Both the position numbers and the translations under genes were made by a program. Shown piece by piece: positions 8,852 through 15,911 of a stretch of 64,000 nucleotides of DNA (position 1 is the first letter of the stretch; each line of letters starts with the position of its first letter). The stretch is from Candidatus Thorarchaeota archaeon (GTDB taxonomy: Archaea > Asgardarchaeota > Thorarchaeia > Thorarchaeales > Thorarchaeaceae). The stretch is from NCBI GenBank assembly GCA_004524445.1, contig SDNP01000003.1, forward strand, positions 54,798-118,797, written 5' to 3'. The notes under the pieces were generated by a model that saw only the letters and a program-made list of their open reading frames with translations, ran no database searches and was not told the DNA's origin.

Positions 8852-11476
8852 TCATACCAATGGCTGATATCCTTGATAATTCTCAAGGTCAGCCTTCGTT
8901 TCAGCATGTTTCAACAGGAGCTCTACGCTCTCCAGGGCACCAAACCTAAAGAGCGGCGAATTATTGTTTCCACACTGATATGAATATGTACAAAGGGGAC
9001 AGCCATCAATCTTCTTACATTCACACTTTTCAAGGATTGTCTTTGCACGCTCAAGAGCCTCTTCGAACCTACCAAAGAGTAGTTTGGAGGCGCCATTCCC
9101 CCCAGGACTCCCATCATACACGAATATGATACCAGAGTCCCCCATGGAAACACCTCCAATCTCTCGAGTTCCTCCACCAGTCAGCATGTCACTCGATTCG
9201 ATAACAACATGCTCCAAGGCGTGGAAAGCCCCTCCATAAAGCTCGATTGGTGTTAGCTCAGGCCCAGGTTCGTGCTTCATCTTTCCTTGAAGGTAGTCGT
9301 TTATTGACTTCTTTGGCTCAGGTGCCTTAAATACAAAGCCGCGGGTCTTATACTTGTATACAATTGCTTCGCCTAAAGTATGATGACTCAGGATTTTGCC
9401 AGTGCGTGTTTCTTTCTTCACATATCCGTGAACCGTCTGGGTCATCTCTAGAGTACAATAGGATAGTTTTGCGCCTAGTACGTTCCGTTCCTCATGTATC
9501 TCTATGATTTTTGGCATTGTTGAGTAGAGAGGCTTAGTATAGGCACTTCGGTTACCAAGAGACACCACATCAGCCTTGCCCAGCCCTTTTCGATACTTGA
9601 AATCAACACAGAGATAGTTTGAGCCACCGTGAAGGTAAATGGCTCCCGGATGAAGCTCTTGGGCAGCCATCGGCATAGAGCGTTCGCCAAGCTTCTTACG
9701 CTTCAGACGTATTTCCACTGTGTCACCAATACCTCTGATGCTATAGCTTCTCCATTGCTTGCGAGCGGTTTCGTAATCTGCGACTTGCACCTTCTCTCGA
9801 TCAGTAACTCGTAGAATACCCTCATCGACCAAGCTTTGCAATACCTTCTCTTGTCTTGGGAACATCTGCGTAGTCATCTTTCCGGTCATTGCAGCAGCAA
9901 TCAACTGATATCGAGCAACAACCTCATTGTCCGGTTCCATATATGCAGCATCAATATCTGTGAAGAATTTCTCTGGCTTATTCCTATAGAAAGAGGAGAT
10001 GGGATCATTATCTCGTAGCGCAAGAACTGCAACGCTTTCCTGCCCCTTGCGTCCTGCCCGGCCAATCCTTTGTGTGAGGCGAGTTATTGATACAATTATA
10101 CTCACAACACAATCCAAATCTCCTATATCAATACCAAGTTCAAGGGTAGGAGTTGAAACAAGTACTTGCAGGTCACCTTGCCTAAATTGCTCTTCAACTT
10201 CGTTTCGATATTTCTTAGATAGGCCTGCACGGTGGACCATCGATTTTACTCCAGTGTCTCGAAGAAGCATGTTTAGTACTTCTGCTTCAGAGTGTGTGTT
10301 TCCGAATACAAGAGTCTGGAAGTCAGCCTGGTAGAGCATTTGAACAAGATCTACAATCATGGAGTACTTACTTCTGTCACCAGGGTAGTACATCATGAAA
10401 TGAATAGGGCCGCGTTTTGCACTCTCTGATTCGATGAGTTCTACTTCGGAATCAAAGATGAGGTCGCCAAATTCCTTCGGGTTTGAAATCGTAGCAGAGG
10501 CTCCTATTTTTTGAAATGCGCCACACTCAATTTGGAGGCGCTTCAGAATATAGTATATGTTAGACCCCATAGAACCGGTGTAGAGATGAATTTCATCGAG
10601 AACTACATACTTGACAGACCTGAGTAATGGAACAAGGCGGGACCGATTCCAGCCCAAGTGATAATGCAATACATCGGGATTAGTCAACAGGATATCTGGC
10701 GGACGTTCGTATATCTTCCGTCTCTCGTGCTGTGAAACATCCCCATCAAATATTGCCGCTGAGAGTCCAGAGGCTTCGCACATTTCCTTTATTTTGTCGT
10801 ATTGGTCTCTTGCCAGTGCCTTGGTGGGATACATGAGAAGTGCACGAACGCCGGGATTGAACATGGCATCTTGTATTGAGAGAAGAAGCTGTTTGATTAT
10901 TGGAAGAACAAAAGCCTCTGTTTTGCCTTGAGCGGTGGGAGCTGAAATCACGACATTGCATCCATCACTTATTTTTCTAAATGCCCTCTCCTGAAAGCGA
11001 TATAGCTTATTGATTCCTTTCTCACTAAGCAACTCTTTCAATCTCTGTGAGATCTTTATGTCTTCCACTGCAGTACCATAGAGTGCATCAGTTTCTTCCA
11101 TAAACCGGTATGATACTAAATAGTCCCTGCCCGTTCTCAGAATGTCTTGAAGAGAATCGGGAAGATCTGCGAGAGCTAGTCCACCATCCTGAACTAGTTT
11201 CCCGATTTGGTCTTCCGACTGTACCCTGTCACCCGAGTATTTTGTCCTGATTCTTTTCGATGGTTTTCTGCCTTTTCTGGATATCCTGCCACTACTTGCC
11301 AATAATGTTCCTTCACTCAGAGCCTTCACATAGGCATCATACGCATCAAAAAGGTCATTCTTTCGACCGTCAATTGATATCTCCTGGTTGCACTCCCTAC
11401 AACGAACTGTCCATATTGGACCGCCTTTGAAAATATCAAGCTTAGATCCGCATTCAGGACAATGAAGGACAGGCAC
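8852..11476 (-). CDS. SF2 DExH helicase with C-terminal DUF1998 Zn domain (Hrq1/SftH-like) and N-terminal Zn ribbon
   Basis: PTAQGKT, DEIH, SAT, QRIGRAGR motifs; C-terminal CxC..GCPxC..C; N-terminal CPEC..CREC. Confidence 0.88.
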   Translation of the reverse strand: MPVLHCPECGSKLDIFKGGPIWTVRCRECNQEISIDGRKNDLFDAYDAYVKALSEGTLLASSGRISRKGRKPSKRIRTKYSGDRVQSEDQIGKLVQDGGLALADLPDSLQDILRTGRDYLVSYRFMEETDALYGTAVEDIKISQRLKELLSEKGINKLYRFQERAFRKISDGCNVVISAPTAQGKTEAFVLPIIKQLLLSIQDAMFNPGVRALLMYPTKALARDQYDKIKEMCEASGLSAAIFDGDVSQHERRKIYERPPDILLTNPDVLHYHLGWNRSRLVPLLRSVKYVVLDEIHLYTGSMGSNIYYILKRLQIECGAFQKIGASATISNPKEFGDLIFDSEVELIESESAKRGPIHFMMYYPGDRSKYSMIVDLVQMLYQADFQTLVFGNTHSEAEVLNMLLRDTGVKSMVHRAGLSKKYRNEVEEQFRQGDLQVLVSTPTLELGIDIGDLDCVVSIIVSITRLTQRIGRAGRKGQESVAVLALRDNDPISSFYRNKPEKFFTDIDAAYMEPDNEVVARYQLIAAAMTGKMTTQMFPRQEKVLQSLVDEGILRVTDREKVQVADYETARKQWRSYSIRGIGDTVEIRLKRKKLGERSMPMAAQELHPGAIYLHGGSNYLCVDFKYRKGLGKADVVSLGNRSAYTKPLYSTMPKIIEIHEERNVLGAKLSYCTLEMTQTVHGYVKKETRTGKILSHHTLGEAIVYKYKTRGFVFKAPEPKKSINDYLQGKMKHEPGPELTPIELYGGAFHALEHVVIESSDMLTGGGTREIGGVSMGDSGIIFVYDGSPGGNGASKLLFGRFEEALERAKTILEKCECKKIDGCPLCTYSYQCGNNNSPLFRFGALESVELLLKHAETKADLENYQGYQPLV

Positions 11477-11658
11477 TAGTAACACCAAAGACAATACAAT
11501 ATCGCTTGCTAAGCAGCTTATCAAACTTTGGCACTGTTCACTATTTCCGTGTACCTATGGGTTCATCAAAGCCGTGACCAAGAAACCTCAACCGAGCTAA
11601 CAAAACCCTTTTAACGGTTGTGAATAGTTTTTTCACAACCGATTAGGGAGATTACATA

Positions 11659-12021
11659 ATGGTTGAAGAAATCAATTCCGATAAACTGGATAATATCGTA
11701 TCCGAGAATAAAGTGGTGTTTGTAGACTGCCACGCTGTCTGGTGCGGGCCTTGTAAGGCATTGACACCAATTCTTGAAGAGCTCGATGACAAATACAGCG
11801 AAAAGGGGCTCAAAGTAGTCAAGATTGACGTGGATCAGAATCGTTCGTTCAGCGCCCAGAATCAAATCACTGGTGTTCCAAGCGTACTTGTTTTTGCAGA
11901 GGGCAAGAAAGTTGTCTTTGATGATGGACAAGGTAACAAGACTGACAAATTGGTCGGTGTGATGCCTCCTGAAGTCTATGAACAAGTAGCAGAGAATTTG
12001 CTGACAGAAGCAACGGCATAG
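11659..12021 (+). CDS. trxA: Thioredoxin
   Basis: WCGPC active site, cis-Pro GVP. Confidence 0.9.
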   Translation: MVEEINSDKLDNIVSENKVVFVDCHAVWCGPCKALTPILEELDDKYSEKGLKVVKIDVDQNRSFSAQNQITGVPSVLVFAEGKKVVFDDGQGNKTDKLVGVMPPEVYEQVAENLLTEATA

Positions 12022-12032
12022 ACGTTAAGAAT

Positions 12033-12082
12033 AACTCCGGCTCAGACCAACGCAACTGAATCGGAGTTCTCACTTTTATTTT
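12033..12082 (+). terminator. Hairpin plus T-rich tract after the first thioredoxin
   Basis: AACTCCGG-CTCAG...CTGAA-TCGGAGTT stem followed by cttttatttt. Confidence 0.5.
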
Positions 12083-12146
12083 AGTTTCATAGTAGGAATA
12101 TTGAATAGGTCAGCTCATTTGTTGAAATGTCATGGAGTGAAGACTA

Positions 12147-12512
12147 GTGGTAAGCGATCTTAGTCCAGAAGAGATAGAAAAGAAGATTGTAGAAACCAAC
12201 ATTCTGTTTGTTGATGCCTGGGCCCCATGGTGTGGGCCCTGTCTGGCATTGGGCCCGATTCTTGAAGAACTCGAAAATAAGTACGCAGACGATGATGACA
12301 TTTCTTTTGTGAAGATAAATACGCAAGAACACAGGTCATTTGCAGCTGCTAACAATATTGTTGCCATTCCTTGCGTCCTAGTGTACAAAGATGGCAAGCC
12401 TGCTGAGGTTAATGAAGAGAATCCCAGAACGGGAGAAAAACAGGTTACTGACAGAATTATCGGACTGAGACCTGCTGAATACTACGAAGACGTAATTGAA
12501 CAGCTCCTTTGA
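12147..12512 (+). CDS. trxA: Thioredoxin (second, tandem copy)
   Basis: WAPWCGPC active site, AIP cis-Pro. Confidence 0.9.
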   Translation: MVSDLSPEEIEKKIVETNILFVDAWAPWCGPCLALGPILEELENKYADDDDISFVKINTQEHRSFAAANNIVAIPCVLVYKDGKPAEVNEENPRTGEKQVTDRIIGLRPAEYYEDVIEQLL

Positions 12513-12523
12513 GGTAAGAGAAG

Positions 12524-13048
12524 ATGCCTATTCTGCCATTTGGTGACCATAACCCGACTATTGACCCACATGCCTTCATTAGTCCGCAGGCAACAATTGT
12601 TGGGAATGTCGAAATCGAAGCAAAATCTTGTGTTTGGCCTGGTGCAGTCATTCGAGGGGACCAAGCATCAGTCAGAATCGGAGAATCAACCTGCATTCAA
12701 GACAGCGTGGTTATTCATGCACATCATGAAGATAATCCGGTTATTATCGGTAACAAAACGGTCGTTGGGACAGCATCCGTTTTGCATGGAGTCTATGTCG
12801 GAGATGCCGTCAAGATTGGCGAGGGGTGTGTGATTTTTGATGGGGCTACTCTTGGCGAGGGGGTTATGATTACTAGTGGTAGTATTATCCCCTCAAATGT
12901 AGTCATTCCACCGAGGTCGCTCAATTCAGGAGCGCCAGCAGCACAAGTCAGAGAACTCTCCAGGGATGAAGTTGAAAAGCAGGCATTTCGCGCAGAAGTG
13001 ATGTCTGAAGTCTTTCAGAAACTCCGTCATTGGAGAAACGCGATATAA
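12524..13048 (+). CDS. Gamma-carbonic anhydrase family (YrdA/PaaY-like) hexapeptide-repeat protein
   Basis: Left-handed beta-helix repeats, RGD, IQD..H, LHG, GxPA motifs. Confidence 0.85.
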   Translation: MPILPFGDHNPTIDPHAFISPQATIVGNVEIEAKSCVWPGAVIRGDQASVRIGESTCIQDSVVIHAHHEDNPVIIGNKTVVGTASVLHGVYVGDAVKIGEGCVIFDGATLGEGVMITSGSIIPSNVVIPPRSLNSGAPAAQVRELSRDEVEKQAFRAEVMSEVFQKLRHWRNAI

Positions 13049-14176
13049 TCACATGGTCTCTCGAGAAATCCTTGAGAGATTTTCACATCCGTCTTGAGTG
13101 ATACGAAACACATCTGCAGTTTTGACGCTACCCGATTTTTCATGATAGAAGGTGGGATGCACAGAAAAAATCATGCCTTCTCTAAGTGACGTGGGATTTG
13201 ATGAAATCAGGAGAGGTGGCTCACGCAAGTCTAGCCCGATAGAGTTACCCACAGGCCCAATTAGTTGGTAGTCAGTTTTTTCCAAATTTATTATATCGCT
13301 GACTTTCTCCATCAAGTCTGAGATTTTGACATTCGGTTTCATTTGTTTCTCAAGAAAATCACAGATTGCATGATTTTTCTTCATTATGTCTTTTTGTTTG
13401 TCTGTCGGACGAGAGGTATGCAGCGTTCGTGCCACTTCAGCGAAATATCCAGCGTGACTCACAGTTATATCAACAAGTACGGGGGAATCCATGTCAATTC
13501 TCGCAGAAGTGGGTTGTGAAAATCGATACGGAGCTTTCAATCCGGAGAGAACAGCAGCCCTTATGCCCCTCAATTGTCCGCCGGCACTGCGCATTGCCGC
13601 CTCAATTTCAACAGATGTTTCAGACTCCGTCTTACCCGCTGCCACCACTTCCAATGCAGTTCTTAGTCCAATCTCTGCAATTTTAACAGCTTGAATAATT
13701 GCATCAATCTCCATAGCATCCTTGACTTCGCGCATTCTCCATAGTACATTGGAGAAGTTCTTGAATCCCGCCCTCGGCAGCATTTCTTTCAGCAAATCGA
13801 ATTCTTTGACAGTGATCCATTCATGCTGAAGCCCGATCATTCCGTCTGATAGTGATTGCTCACCGACCAAGTCTACAATTTTTTCCCAAAAGGAGTGGCT
13901 ATGCAACGGGTGCCATATCTGCTCGCTACTATCCTTGTAGCTGACCAATCTAGATATGAGATTCTCTTGTGCAACCAAGTCGTGTTGTGACTCGGACACC
14001 AAGAGACTTGGCGATTGATCTACAGGGATTAAACAACCCACTGGCACATCTTGGCGCGGATTTTGATATCCAGTAAGATATTGTACATCTTGACTTCGCG
14101 TGACTATGATGGCATCTACTTCTTCATGCTTCATGAAACGATTTAGTTTTTCCAGGCGTTGAGGGGTGAACTGCAT
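13049..14176 (-). CDS. M24/creatinase-fold Xaa-Pro peptidase homologue (metal ligands degenerate)
   Basis: Creatinase N-domain (YLTGY), RxVKDxxEI, pita-bread domain. Confidence 0.8.
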   Translation of the reverse strand: MQFTPQRLEKLNRFMKHEEVDAIIVTRSQDVQYLTGYQNPRQDVPVGCLIPVDQSPSLLVSESQHDLVAQENLISRLVSYKDSSEQIWHPLHSHSFWEKIVDLVGEQSLSDGMIGLQHEWITVKEFDLLKEMLPRAGFKNFSNVLWRMREVKDAMEIDAIIQAVKIAEIGLRTALEVVAAGKTESETSVEIEAAMRSAGGQLRGIRAAVLSGLKAPYRFSQPTSARIDMDSPVLVDITVSHAGYFAEVARTLHTSRPTDKQKDIMKKNHAICDFLEKQMKPNVKISDLMEKVSDIINLEKTDYQLIGPVGNSIGLDLREPPLLISSNPTSLREGMIFSVHPTFYHEKSGSVKTADVFRITQDGCENLSRISRETM

Positions 14177-14309
14177 TATTGATATCTCGTGATCTGCTTT
14201 TCATGGCATTGAGTCAAAGTAGCTGTTGGCTCAACAGGGGCCGATATTTTCAGACATTTAAGCTTCTCGACGAAGGAAAGGGACTAGGCAAAGCTACTAG
14301 AATGAACCA

Positions 14310-14419
14310 TGGCGGGCGCGCCAGGATTCGAACCTGGGATACCTGGCTCCGCAAGCCAGTGCCTTATACGCACCTCCCGCAGCCGAAACTACGAGGAGAC
14401 CATACTAGACTACGCGCCC
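14310..14419 (-). tRNA. tRNA-Arg(GCG) with 32-nt D-loop intron (14368-14399), CCA encoded
   Basis: Acceptor GGGCGCG/CGCGCCC, anticodon arm CTGGC-TTGCGGA-GCCAG, T arm CCAGG-TTCGAAT-CCTGG; the insert forms a bulge-helix-bulge. Confidence 0.92.
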
Positions 14420-14500
14420 TAAAAAGGGAGATTTGAGGAAACTTATAGACTCTTCGTTCCCGAACTCAAGACACAAAAATCAATAGCACGGATAGACAGT

Positions 14501-14728
14501 CTATTTTTGAACAATTGGGGTCTCAATTGGCTCAACGACAGCCTTGCAGTTCCTTTTGCTAACCCGTAACAAATAGTCTGTAGTCTGCAAAACGAAGCTT
14601 TCCCCCTCTTCCAAATTATCCATTACGATTCCTCCTAATGGCCCGTTAAGATATTTTGTGAAGCGGATTAACACCCCTTCCAGGCGAGCCGATCTTGATT
14701 TACTCATCCGCATAATGGGCAGCCTCAA
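14501..14728 (-). CDS. Small hypothetical protein between the two tRNA-Arg genes
   Basis: Fills the spacer, is co-oriented and has a globular-looking sequence; start uncertain. Confidence 0.55.
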   Translation of the reverse strand: MRLPIMRMSKSRSARLEGVLIRFTKYLNGPLGGIVMDNLEEGESFVLQTTDYLLRVSKRNCKAVVEPIETPIVQK

Positions 14729-14779
14729 TCAGACTCTCATGTCGTACGGCATCTTATAAATTGCACAGAAAATGAGTGG

Positions 14780-14857
14780 TGGCGGGATCGCCCGGATTTG
14801 AACCGGGGATGACCAACTCCGGAGGCTGGTGCCTTATCCAGGCTAGACTACGACCCC
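14780..14857 (-). tRNA. tRNA-Arg(CCG), intron-less, CCA encoded
   Basis: GGGGTCG/CGATCCC acceptor, CCAGC-CTCCGGA-GTTGG anticodon arm, CCCGG-TTCAAAT-CCGGG T arm. Confidence 0.95.
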
Positions 14858-14893
14858 ACCTCTTGCCCGTGTAATTGTCTTTAAAGAATTTGG

Positions 14894-15421
14894 TTAGTCC
14901 ACCAAGGCGCTGATATTGCTGATCCACCAGGCACCTCTTTTGCCCGCTCTCTCGCCCCGCTCGAATTCCAGTACCTCAGTACCGAGAATTTCTTCAGCGT
15001 TTTCGTTGAGCTTGGAGATCCTGTCGTGAATTGTACGTCTCTTAGTCTCATCATCCAGTAATTCATCTGCGAGTTCTGGAGTCGTTGCTCCCTTATGCTG
15101 AAGAAAGTAGGCGAGAATCTGTCGATCAAGGTCATCTCTGCATACTTCTTTCCGGACCTTGTCGGTCAGATCTTGTCGATAGATACTTGTTCCCCGTGCC
15201 TCTTCCAAGTGCTTAACACGCAGCTTGAGTTCATCAACATCATCGAGTAGATCGAGAACGACTGGAGGAATCTCTTTGTCTAGGCGCCACAAAAGAGCCT
15301 CTAGAATGAACCGTTGACGTCCATTGGGTCCGGCGGCCAGATCAATTCTCTCAAGTACGTCGCGTGGAATTCGAATTCTGACATTTACAAGCTCGGTCTC
15401 ATCATATTCAGACAACGGCAT
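14894..15421 (-). CDS. Putative DNA-binding protein: ribbon-helix-helix, coiled coil, winged helix
   Basis: VNVRIRIPRDVLERID...RQRFILEAL (RHH); DRQILAYF..HKGATTPELADEL (wHTH). Confidence 0.7.
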   Translation of the reverse strand: MPLSEYDETELVNVRIRIPRDVLERIDLAAGPNGRQRFILEALLWRLDKEIPPVVLDLLDDVDELKLRVKHLEEARGTSIYRQDLTDKVRKEVCRDDLDRQILAYFLQHKGATTPELADELLDDETKRRTIHDRISKLNENAEEILGTEVLEFERGERAGKRGAWWISNISALVD

Positions 15422-15552
15422 ACCTCAAGTACAACTGCTACAACAAATCACTAAATATAGAATACAGGAAAAAGCCTTTCCTTCGCTTGGCACCGACGAC
15501 ACAGTTATAAAATGAGACCCTATTGGTGCGAACTCAGAGAGAAGTGAGCCAT

Positions 15553-15774
15553 ATGGTCAACAAGATGAAAGCTCTTGAAAGAAAGAGAACAGTCCTGAGA
15601 AACAGACAAAATCCTAGCGTCATTGACTATCGCCAAATGAGACGGGCCCGAACTCTCAAGTCAAAGTACTGGTCAATGAGAAGGAAGATAGCACGGCGTA
15701 GCGTCCCACAAATTCTGACCACCAAGAGAGACACGACCAAAAAGGAGTCCGAACTCGAAGTCATCGATGAGTAG
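15553..15774 (+). CDS. Small highly basic protein
   Basis: Arg/Lys-rich 73-aa ORF in an otherwise empty interval. Confidence 0.55.
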   Translation: MVNKMKALERKRTVLRNRQNPSVIDYRQMRRARTLKSKYWSMRRKIARRSVPQILTTKRDTTKKESELEVIDE

Positions 15775-15911
15775 AACTACTCCAGTCATGTGCGGTTAGT
15801 ATAATATGTAGTTGATTCGGTTCACTTATTATTTGTATATAGTATCCTTCTTGCCACTGGGAAATAGCTTATCAAGGATAAGACCGACTCAGTATTCAGG
15901 CAGGTCTCAAA

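Noticed and set aside
14310-15421. Integrated element at the tRNA-Arg genes
   Set aside because: No integrase, and no duplicated tRNA 3' end (att site) was seen. The two tRNAs are different isoacceptors.
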